DNA of 40,579 nucleotides from a virus (lineage: Duplodnaviria; Caudoviricetes): positions 1-40,579 of IMG/VR virus record IMGVR_UViG_3300032125_000009; one strand, 5' to 3'. How positions within the stretch are numbered: position 1 is the first letter of the stretch; every line of letters begins with the position of its first letter. A program made the translations under genes and the position numbers. Positions 1 to 7,395 of the stretch are shown here, in pieces. The notes under the pieces were generated by a model, which did no database searches, was not told the DNA's origin, and was given only the letters and a program-made list of their open reading frames with translations.

Positions 1-92
1 TAACGTTTCTCCTAAAACTGAAAACTTACAAAAAGTGGCAGACTATTTTGATGTATCTGTAGATTACTTGTTAGGAAGAACTGATCAAGAAA
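1..92. repeat. Terminal overlap, identical to 40488..40579 (circular assembly overlap)
   Basis: taacgtttctcct...gatcaagaaa occurs at both ends, and joining them restores one continuous cI ORF. Confidence 0.95.
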
Positions 93-229
93 GAACGAAC
101 TCTAATAACGTACCTACTGATTTAGACAAAATATTAGATAATATGATGAGTTTTGACGGGAAGCCTATGACTGAAAACGACAGAAAAACAATTCGTGCTT
201 ATCTTGAAGGAAGATTTAGTAATAAGTGA
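1..229 (+). CDS. cI: CI/ImmR-like XRE repressor, 3' part (ORF starts at 40381 across the origin; 111 aa in total)
   Basis: Joined protein MGIVHRIKNLADSKKTSFAEIERIVGLSNGQIRRWDNVSPKTENLQKVADYFDVSVDYLLGRTD...SFDGKPMTENDR shows an XRE HTH signature. It lies next to an ImmA-like gene and diverges from cro. Confidence 0.93.
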   Translation, partial: NVSPKTENLQKVADYFDVSVDYLLGRTDQERTNSNNVPTDLDKILDNMMSFDGKPMTENDRKTIRAYLEGRFSNK

Positions 230-239
230 GGGTGGTTGT

Positions 240-584
240 ATGGACAGTGTCTTTAATTTACTTGAACGAAATAAAATTGAGCTAGTTTTAATAATTATTG
301 AGAGCAATGGGTATTACGATTCTGCTCTAAATGTTATTTTCATTAATCAACTATTAGATGAGGAAAAGCAAAAAGAGGTTATTTTGCATGAATTAGGTCA
401 TGTTCTTAATCATAAAGATTTATCTTCTCTTTATAATAATCCGTCCTATCGTACTAAAATGGAATATGAAGCTACTAAGTATATGATTACATATTTAATA
501 AATGAATCAGATGGTCAATTTAATTATTCTAATATTTTAGAAAGTTACAAATTAGGTTTAGGTTGGGAATGCAATTTCAAATAA
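240..584 (+). CDS. ImmA/IrrE family zinc metallopeptidase (repressor-cleaving antirepressor)
   Basis: HELGH (HExxH) motif with downstream E-x-E-A. It lies directly after the repressor. Start taken as ATG at 240 after gagggtgg. Confidence 0.9.
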   Translation: MDSVFNLLERNKIELVLIIIESNGYYDSALNVIFINQLLDEEKQKEVILHELGHVLNHKDLSSLYNNPSYRTKMEYEATKYMITYLINESDGQFNYSNILESYKLGLGWECNFK

Positions 585-615
585 AAAAGCCCGAAAACTG
601 CGGGAACAGTTTCGG
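583..615 (-). terminator. Hairpin with U-tract on the - strand
   Basis: ccgaaaactg-cgggaa-cagtttcgg (591..615), preceded on + by an A-run at 583..588. Confidence 0.6.
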
Positions 616-673
616 ACTAGGTTCTATCTCTCTATCTCAAATGAATTATAACATATTTATTGGAGGAGATAGA

Positions 674-1189
674 ATGAAAAAAGCTATTGGATTATCTTTA
701 CTTTTGATTTCACTAACAGCATGTGGAGCAAACGGAATTAATAAGGATGACCCTGAAGGTTCAGCAAAATACATAAAAAAAGAACTTTCTTTAGAGGGAG
801 ATATAAAAGAAACACAAGACGAATACTACCAAGGTGTTATGGATGTTTATTCTATAGGAGAAGATATTGAAGTTGTGGCTAGCGATGATAATACTATCGA
901 ACAAATAAATTTTTCTAATGTTGACGAAAAAGATATTGAAAAAATATTAAATATGATTGATTTTCCTGAAGTTGAGTCCATAAATGAGTTAACCGAAAAA
1001 TATTATATGGACATTGCTAAATACGGCGAACCTGAAGATAACTCCACTTTCACAAGTTATGAAAATGTTGGTGTTAGTGTCTCTACAACTATGGATATCT
1101 TAAAGGACGAGGGTGACAAATCTTTTACTATGAGTTTAATCTATAACACAGACGTGTTCGACAAATTTAGAGAAACAAACTTAAAATAA
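674..1189 (+). CDS. Acidic lipoprotein in the lysogeny module (possible superinfection exclusion)
   Basis: MKKAIGLSLLLISLTA-C lipobox, GGAGG RBS and a D/E-rich mature part. The position between immA and int is typical of sie/ltp genes. Confidence 0.75.
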   Translation: MKKAIGLSLLLISLTACGANGINKDDPEGSAKYIKKELSLEGDIKETQDEYYQGVMDVYSIGEDIEVVASDDNTIEQINFSNVDEKDIEKILNMIDFPEVESINELTEKYYMDIAKYGEPEDNSTFTSYENVGVSVSTTMDILKDEGDKSFTMSLIYNTDVFDKFRETNLK

Positions 1190-1230
1190 AAAAAGAACAC
1201 TCCCTCACCGACCAAAGATTAGGAGTGTTC
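1188..1230 (-). terminator. Hairpin with U-tract on the - strand, upstream of int
   Basis: gaacactcc (1195..1203) pairs with ggagtgttc (1222..1230); A-run at 1188..1194. Confidence 0.6.
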
Positions 1231-1303
1231 AACCGTAAAAAATCAACCTACAATAGGTCTCTTTTCTATGCCCTATTGTATCATAAAATAGGAGGTTTTA
1301 TCT

Positions 1304-2452
1304 ATGTGGATAGAAACATTAGATAATGGAAAGTTTAAATATGTAGAACGCTATATTGATCCAATGACAGAAAAATATAAAAAGATTTCTATTACATTAA
1401 CTTCTGATAGTCGTGTCGCTTGGAATAAAGCACAGCGTGAATTGAATAATCGAATTGATAAAAAAATAAAAACAATGTCTCAGTCTGATGTAACCTTTGA
1501 TGAAATTACGGCAAAGTGGCAACACGTATATAAAAATATGGTTAAACCAAACACCTACTTAAGAAGCACGCAAACATTAAAAATCATCAAAAGATACATA
1601 CCAGGTGATTATATTGTGAGAAATATCAATTCTGTATTTATACAAGAAACAATTGAATCAATTTATTATACTGAAAACTATTCTTTTTCTTCCACAAAAC
1701 AATGCAAATCTATATTAAATTCAATTTTGGAGTTCGCTAAAAAGAAAAGTGTCATAGACATTAATCCTGTAGTAGATACCGAAATCAAACGTAAGCCAAG
1801 AACTTTCGAACAAAGAGAGAAAATTGAAAATAAATACTTGGAGCCCGATGAACTTAAGAATGTTTTAGTTTGTCTACGTTCTTTTAAAACTGGTAGAAGA
1901 AATGCGAATTTAACGGAATTTTTATCTTTAACTGGATTGCGATTTGGAGAAGCTGTAGCTTTAGAATACAATAATTTTAAAGGTGATTTTATTGAGGTTA
2001 ACGGTACTTTAGACTACCACACGCATAAATCCTCAGATGGAGTTAAAACAACTGCTAAGACAGGCAAATCTAACCGCAATGTTGATTTAAGCAATCGAGC
2101 TAAAGTTATTATAAATGAAGTTATCTTAGAAAATAAGTTTTTGAAAAATGAAGAATATTTCCAAGAAAAAAATTATATATTTGTTACAAAATATGGAAAC
2201 CCAATTGATATTGCAACGTATAATACTTCTCTAAAAATCGCTGCTAAAAAGTGTGGCATTGAAAAGAATCTTACTTCTCACGTATTAAGACATACACATA
2301 TTTCAATATTATCCGAAATAGGTGTTCCTTTAAAAGCAATTATGGATCGTGTAGGACACGAAAGACCCGAAACAACTCTTGGTATCTATACGCATGTTAC
2401 TAAAAAGATGCAACAAGGAGTAATGCAAAAATTAAACGACTACTATAATTAA
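1304..2452 (+). CDS. int: Tyrosine integrase
   Basis: Catalytic motifs TGLRFGE (R), HVLRHTH (H-x-x-R), RVGH and TLGIY(TH); 382 aa; AGGAGG RBS. Confidence 0.97.
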   Translation: MWIETLDNGKFKYVERYIDPMTEKYKKISITLTSDSRVAWNKAQRELNNRIDKKIKTMSQSDVTFDEITAKWQHVYKNMVKPNTYLRSTQTLKIIKRYIPGDYIVRNINSVFIQETIESIYYTENYSFSSTKQCKSILNSILEFAKKKSVIDINPVVDTEIKRKPRTFEQREKIENKYLEPDELKNVLVCLRSFKTGRRNANLTEFLSLTGLRFGEAVALEYNNFKGDFIEVNGTLDYHTHKSSDGVKTTAKTGKSNRNVDLSNRAKVIINEVILENKFLKNEEYFQEKNYIFVTKYGNPIDIATYNTSLKIAAKKCGIEKNLTSHVLRHTHISILSEIGVPLKAIMDRVGHERPETTLGIYTHVTKKMQQGVMQKLNDYYN

Positions 2453-2688
2453 TGCCCCTTTTCTGCCCCTTCTAAGATATCAACCATTCTAAAACACAGT
2501 GAAAACATTGGCATAACAACGTTCTTAACAATAAACATACATGGTCTTCATCACCGTTATATTTTTATTGAAATACTCATTAGTAGTGATAAAACGTTGA
2601 TATATAAGTATTTATAATGATAGAACTTTTTACACTTTTTGTAGTAATTGGGTAAGAGTTTAGGACTTATGCCCCTTTTTTGCCCCCT
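2453..2688. other. attP with two pairs of TGCCCCT(T) arm-type repeats
   Basis: tgcccctt at 2453 and 2464, and tgcccctt/tgccccct at 2670 and 2681. Each pair has 11-bp spacing and they flank about 200 bp of noncoding DNA just downstream of int. Confidence 0.8.
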
Positions 2689-2822
2689 AAATAAAAAAGA
2701 ACCTTCTATAGTAATAGTAAGTTCTAAGTCTTAGCGTGTAGGCCGATAAATAACTATAACATAAATAAATCATTTAAATTAATCTGCGTATATTATAAGC
2801 ATCACATTTAAAGGAGATACTT

Positions 2823-3056
2823 ATGGATATTTTATTTTTATACGTTAATAAAGATTTTGTACTGAAAGCTTATACGTTAGATGGAACTTGTTTTGTAGAC
2901 TTTAGTTATTTGGGTTTTGGTAGAAGTTATCCTTGTCCCGATGAGGAACTTGCTGTTGAACTAGCAGAATCTATAGCTGAATTCCATGCTAAAGATATGG
3001 AAATGATTGATAAATTGTTTAAATTGGATGAAGATTTAAATCCTCCTATTTTTTAA
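2823..3056 (+). CDS. Small acidic hypothetical protein (cargo next to att)
   Basis: 77-aa ORF with a strong AAGGAG RBS; no family recognised. Confidence 0.7.
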   Translation: MDILFLYVNKDFVLKAYTLDGTCFVDFSYLGFGRSYPCPDEELAVELAESIAEFHAKDMEMIDKLFKLDEDLNPPIF

Positions 3057-3161
3057 TCATTTTTTCGTTGATATTCTTCTATACTCTTTCAAAAAAATAA
3101 CGTATACTTTTGAATGAAAACGTATTAATTGGTATACACTATATTAATTGGAGGAGTATCT

Positions 3162-4001
3162 ATGAAGAAAATAAGAGTTATTACTCTTTTTCTGCTGTTC
3201 GCTTTATTTTTTACTGGTATTAAAGATGTTGAAGCTGCAAGTAATGTTCAGGTCCATTTTTTAAATATTGGCCAAGGTGATGCTACGCTTATTCAAACAC
3301 CTAATGAAAATATTTTAATTGATGGTGGTGGTAAAGGTAAAGGCCCTGAAATTGTCAAATATTTAAATAAGTATAAAGTTAAATCATTGACTGCTGTTGT
3401 ATCCACACATCCAGATGCAGATCACGTCGGTGGATTAGCTTATGTTATCAAGAACATGAAAGTAAGCAAAGTTTACGCACCAAACATTAGCCATACAACT
3501 CAAGCTTATAAAGATTTTCTATTAGCAGTAAAGAATAAAAAGTTGAAAATTACCATTGCTAAACAAGGACTGGAAATTCCTACTGTAGCAAAAGATATTA
3601 CATTGAAGTTTATTGCACCAGTAAAAACATATGCAAAAAGTGATTTGAATAACTGGAGTGCAGTATTACATCTCAAACATAATAAAAAATCATTCCTATT
3701 CATGGGTGATGCTGAAACAAAAGCTGAAACTGATATGTTAGCAAAGAATCTTATACCTAAAGTTGACGTTTTAAAAGTTGGCCATCACGGATCTAAAGAT
3801 TCATCAACTGCAAAACTATTAAATAAAGCAAAACCTACTTATTCTGTTATTTCTGTAGGTAAAAATAGTTATGGACACCCTACTTCAACTGTTTTAAATC
3901 GATTAAAAGCTGTAAAATCAACTGTATATCGAACAGATAAATCTGGTAATGTTATTTTTACATCCAATGGTTCAAAAATTACGGTAAAGACGGTGAAATA
4001 A
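3162..4001 (+). CDS. Secreted ComEC/Rec2-type metallo-beta-lactamase-fold hydrolase
   Basis: Signal peptide MKKIRVITLFLLFALFFTGIKDVEA. Motifs IGQGDA, LIDGG, THPDADHVGG, MGDAE, KVGHHGS and YGHP. ATG at 3162 after GGAGGAG. Confidence 0.9.
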   Translation: MKKIRVITLFLLFALFFTGIKDVEAASNVQVHFLNIGQGDATLIQTPNENILIDGGGKGKGPEIVKYLNKYKVKSLTAVVSTHPDADHVGGLAYVIKNMKVSKVYAPNISHTTQAYKDFLLAVKNKKLKITIAKQGLEIPTVAKDITLKFIAPVKTYAKSDLNNWSAVLHLKHNKKSFLFMGDAETKAETDMLAKNLIPKVDVLKVGHHGSKDSSTAKLLNKAKPTYSVISVGKNSYGHPTSTVLNRLKAVKSTVYRTDKSGNVIFTSNGSKITVKTVK

Positions 4002-4220
4002 ATGGAAAAAGGAATTATTGATCGCTTTGAAGGTGATTTAGCAGTAGTGGAATTTGATTCTGAAATGCGTGATATTCCAAAAAACATGTTACCTAAAGGT
4101 AGTGATGTTGGCGACTTGCTTATTTTTGATAGTGACTCTATTACTATTGATAAAGCTGGTACTGATAAATTACGAACTGAAATAGAAGATCTAATGAAAG
4201 ATTTGTTCGAAGAAGAATAG
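4002..4220 (+). CDS. DUF3006-like small acidic protein
   Basis: IIDRFEGDLAVVE...IP...LP.G...GD.L pattern. Its ATG directly abuts the upstream TAA. Confidence 0.85.
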   Translation: MEKGIIDRFEGDLAVVEFDSEMRDIPKNMLPKGSDVGDLLIFDSDSITIDKAGTDKLRTEIEDLMKDLFEEE

Positions 4221-4230
4221 TTTTATATGT

Positions 4231-4261
4231 AACTCTATCCTTTTTAAGATAGAGTTTTTTT
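4231..4261 (+). terminator. Intrinsic terminator after the MBL/DUF3006 operon
   Basis: aactctatc...gatagagtt followed by a T-run. Confidence 0.75.
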
Positions 4262-4397
4262 AACCAAGACAACATTTGAATTCCAAGATTGGCGGATGCC
4301 ACCTAATAAAGTTGTATTTTATAACCAAAAAATATCGTTGTATCTTTTTGTATTGATATCGTTTAAATTTGAACTAAGAAGGAGGTATTTATTTTAT

Positions 4398-4721
4398 ATG
4401 GAATCAGAAATTGTAAATATATTGAAAGAAATTAATGCTAATACTGATATTATTAAGCCGATTACTCATTTAAATGTTGTTAGTTTTGAGTTACCTCTAA
4501 ATAAATTTTCTTTTGAAATTGAAAATATAAGTAGAATTAAAAAAATTAGCGCTGATACCTATAATGGAAATAAAGAGATGTTTGAAAATTTTAAAAAAGT
4601 ACTACTTTCTAGTTATAGAGATCCTAGTAATATAAAACCTTTATCTGAAGACGTTTATATTTCAATCTGTGAATCTACGAATAATGGAAAATTTATAATA
4701 AATATCGAATTTAATTACTAA
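4398..4721 (+). CDS. Hypothetical protein (AT-rich cargo)
   Basis: 107 aa from ATG 4398 after AAGGAGG; no family recognised. Confidence 0.6.
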   Translation: MESEIVNILKEINANTDIIKPITHLNVVSFELPLNKFSFEIENISRIKKISADTYNGNKEMFENFKKVLLSSYRDPSNIKPLSEDVYISICESTNNGKFIINIEFNY

Positions 4722-4779
4722 AATATATGTAAATAGTATTTAACTTTAATATATTTCAACATATTCAAAACAAATATAC

Positions 4780-4965
4780 ATGGAGGAAAAAACCATAGAA
4801 AACTTGCGTTCACAATACATAGAAGAAATAATAAAAATAACAAAAACAATGGCGGAACTAATTAATAGACCGTTTGCTGAATATAGTATTTACGATGATG
4901 TTGAATATTACAGATTATTGTCTGAAAAAAATAAATATGAAGAGCAATTAGATAAATTATTTTGA
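4780..4965 (+). CDS. Small helical hypothetical protein
   Basis: 61-aa ORF ending just before a terminator; no clear RBS. Confidence 0.45.
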   Translation: MEEKTIENLRSQYIEEIIKITKTMAELINRPFAEYSIYDDVEYYRLLSEKNKYEEQLDKLF

Positions 4966-5003
4966 AAAAATAACCCTACCTCAATTAAGAGATAGGGTTT
5001 TGT
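4965..5003. terminator. Bidirectional terminator between cargo and lysin
   Basis: aaccctacctc-aattaa-gagatagggtt with an A-run before and a T-run after. Confidence 0.75.
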
Positions 5004-5008
5004 TGTGT

Positions 5009-6280
5009 CTATTTAAACAACGCTTCAAATGTTGCTTTACCAACAATACCGTCAGCAAGTAGTCCTTTAGATTTTTGGAGTAGAATTATAGCGTTATATA
5101 ATCCATTACCGAATTTACCGTCAAAACCTTTTACATCATATCCTTTACAAATTAATGCAGCTTGGATCAAACGAGTAAGATTGCCATTAGCTCCTTTACG
5201 AACAGTGACACATGCATTTTTAGTTTTTGAACCCCAATCTCCATCAACACTAAGACCAGCTTTGAATTGGCTGTTTAATTCCATTTGTAATGCTTTGACT
5301 AGTGCTCTCTTTGTTGAGGGACCTGCTGAATTATCAACTGTCAATCCACCATAGAACCAACGATTTAAGAACATTTGAACACCAGCAATTGATTGAGTTT
5401 CAGTTGTTGTTCCTGTAACAGCTCGTTTAGTTGTAGGAGTCGCTTTGTTTGTATTTCCGCCACCTGCAGTTTTAAATCCGTCAACGTCTTGTTCCAGCAA
5501 CCAGCCAGTAGCGACTTTACCTTTACCAATTAAATAAGCTTTTTTAGAGCGTGATTTGATTGCAGGTTTAGAAGCTAATACATCATACACTTGACCAATT
5601 ACAAATGCAGGAATATTTGAACCTGTTTCCCATTGTTTCGCTTGCTTACCAACTTTAACAGTCTTACCATCTGGCTGAGGTGTTACTGTGTTTGGAACTG
5701 TTGCTACCGGAGCAGATACACCTTCTTTTTTGAGCATTTCTTCGACAGTTTTACCTAATGCCATATATCTTGTTACTTTAGTGATAAGGTAACTTTTTAA
5801 AGCATTAGTTGATTTACCATGAAGATCCCAAGAACGGTGTGGACACGATGTCGCAGAGAATTCTCTGTGTAAACGAACGGTCTCTTTGTTCGGTTTTAAT
5901 CCGTAAAAATTGAAGTCTTCAGCCATTTGGCGTAAAGCCATATCTTCGTTCAAGATAAATTCTTTATCGGAAATAATACCATAATAGCTTTGTGTAACTT
6001 CGTATCCTAAATACCAAGTGTTTCCTTCATTATTCGCAGTGTGATAGGCTTTGTTTCCAGTATTATCTGCTCTTAAAATAACTGAACTATTAATATAATA
6101 CGGAGCAAAACCTAATCCTAAACGTCCTTCTTTTCTGCGAGCAATTAACCAAGCAACATATCGTTGAGGTGTCATTGCACCAAAATCGTTATGAAAAACT
6201 CCTCCTTTTGGTTTACCTGGACGTTTACCCGCTTTACCATTAATAATATCATCACGATTAATTCTAGTTACTGTACCCAT
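5009..6280 (-). CDS. Endolysin: N-acetylmuramoyl-L-alanine amidase (Amidase_2-like), SH3-like domain and two PG-binding domains
   Basis: VFHND...AYHTAN...LGYEV...LHREFSATSCP amidase motifs. C-terminal LTVDN/LSVDGDWG/DGKFG/ADGIVGKAT PG_binding_1-type repeats. Confidence 0.93.
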   Translation of the reverse strand: MGTVTRINRDDIINGKAGKRPGKPKGGVFHNDFGAMTPQRYVAWLIARRKEGRLGLGFAPYYINSSVILRADNTGNKAYHTANNEGNTWYLGYEVTQSYYGIISDKEFILNEDMALRQMAEDFNFYGLKPNKETVRLHREFSATSCPHRSWDLHGKSTNALKSYLITKVTRYMALGKTVEEMLKKEGVSAPVATVPNTVTPQPDGKTVKVGKQAKQWETGSNIPAFVIGQVYDVLASKPAIKSRSKKAYLIGKGKVATGWLLEQDVDGFKTAGGGNTNKATPTTKRAVTGTTTETQSIAGVQMFLNRWFYGGLTVDNSAGPSTKRALVKALQMELNSQFKAGLSVDGDWGSKTKNACVTVRKGANGNLTRLIQAALICKGYDVKGFDGKFGNGLYNAIILLQKSKGLLADGIVGKATFEALFK

Positions 6281-6281
6281 A

Positions 6282-6545
6282 TTACTTATCCTCCTCTTTC
6301 AAATTAGTAGTAACTTGATTTCCCTTTTGTGCCGCAACTGTCAATGGAGTATCTTTGTAAGTTGTGATAATAGACACAATAATTGTCAATACAGTCGATA
6401 CGCCTTCATATATTTCTTCATCCTCAAATGGGATCAGTTGAAAATTGAAAATAGACACGGACACTTGATTGACAAGGATGATACCTAAACCTATAATTCT
6501 TACCCACGTTGCTGTTGGCACGCCTTTTAAATTAAGCTTGTTCAT
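6282..6545 (-). CDS. Holin, SPP1 family
   Basis: TWVRIIGLGIILVNQ...PF...YKDTPLT.AAQKG, two TM segments, directly upstream of the lysin. Confidence 0.88.
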   Translation of the reverse strand: MNKLNLKGVPTATWVRIIGLGIILVNQVSVSIFNFQLIPFEDEEIYEGVSTVLTIIVSIITTYKDTPLTVAAQKGNQVTTNLKEEDK

Positions 6546-6927
6546 TTATAGTTCCCCTCTCAATATATCTTGCAATAATATTATTTTTAGAAACGATTAT
6601 GCCTTCTAATTCATCAATTCGATCATCGCGAGTTTCAATTTCAGACTTGTAATAGTTTTCTTTTTGCTCGAATTGTTGTTTAATATCTTTCATTTCATCT
6701 TGAAACTCTTTAGTCAGATTATTTATTTTTTCGTTAAACTCTTCTTTCATCGTTTTCATTTCAGCGGTAATATTCGTATTAATGTCCTCATACCTTTTTT
6801 GTAATTTCAATGCAGACTCAACAGAAGAAGCAGCGTCGCCTGCTTTAGTTTTAATCTTAGTTGACCACGCAAGCCCTCCAGCTCCTAATATTGCACCAAT
6901 GATAGATGCTAAAACTTCACCATTCAT
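6532..6927 (-). CDS. Lysis-cassette protein with N-terminal TM and coiled coil
   Basis: Hydrophobic LASIIGAILGAGGLAW followed by a long heptad-like region; overlaps the holin start. Confidence 0.7.
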   Translation of the reverse strand: MNGEVLASIIGAILGAGGLAWSTKIKTKAGDAASSVESALKLQKRYEDINTNITAEMKTMKEEFNEKINNLTKEFQDEMKDIKQQFEQKENYYKSEIETRDDRIDELEGIIVSKNNIIARYIERGTINEQA

Positions 6928-7295
6928 TCAGCCGTCAACTCCTTAATGGCAATACCCAAACAAAGTAAAAACATGGCTAGTGGTAAAGCCCAAAGGGAAT
7001 TAATGATTGGACTCAAAAAGAATCCGATAAAGAAGAACATCCACAATCCACCCAATAGAGAGATAGACATAGTTTTCATTTTTATATTATTTTGTAATAT
7101 CGCTAATACTTTAAATAAACCTAAAAAGATAAACACAATCCCTAACGAACGGCTATCAAACAAATATCCGATAACCTCGTAGGCTTCATAACCATTCAGC
7201 AATTGTGGTGAAACAATCAGCTGTACTCCATATACAATTGACATAAACGACACGACAAACGCATCCCACTTTAATAACAAAATTACTTTATTCAT
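6924..7295 (-). CDS. Four-TM membrane protein of the lysis cassette
   Basis: Four hydrophobic segments; ATGA overlap with the next gene. Confidence 0.7.
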   Translation of the reverse strand: MNKVILLLKWDAFVVSFMSIVYGVQLIVSPQLLNGYEAYEVIGYLFDSRSLGIVFIFLGLFKVLAILQNNIKMKTMSISLLGGLWMFFFIGFFLSPIINSLWALPLAMFLLCLGIAIKELTAE

Positions 7296-7359
7296 TTCTC
7301 ACCTTCCTTTTTTTCAATATAAAAAGAGCAACCATTTCTGGCCACTCTTAGGTAATATA

Positions 7360-7387
7360 AAAAGTTTGTCCAGATGGACAAACTTTT
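7360..7387 (-). terminator. Perfect hairpin terminating the inserted gene
   Basis: aaaagtttgtcc-agat-ggacaaactttt. Confidence 0.75.
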
Positions 7388-7395
7388 AAAACAAA

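Noticed and set aside
1-92. 92-bp terminal direct repeat as a biological genome end
   Set aside because: It falls mid-cI and the packaging genes suggest cos ends near 27.1 kb; best explained as assembly overlap.
35-229. 64-aa ORF as a separate or truncated gene
   Set aside because: It is the C-terminal part of cI, completed across the circular junction.
240-2452. ICE (ImmR/ImmA/Int as in ICEBs1; Pcf names from a conjugative plasmid)
   Set aside because: There is no relaxase, coupling protein or T4SS, and a full virion gene set is present.
3162-4001. Antibiotic-resistance beta-lactamase or a full ComEC competence channel
   Set aside because: The motifs (GQGD, HHGS, YGHP) are of the ComEC/Rec2 hydrolase subgroup rather than class B beta-lactamases, and there is no multi-TM competence domain.
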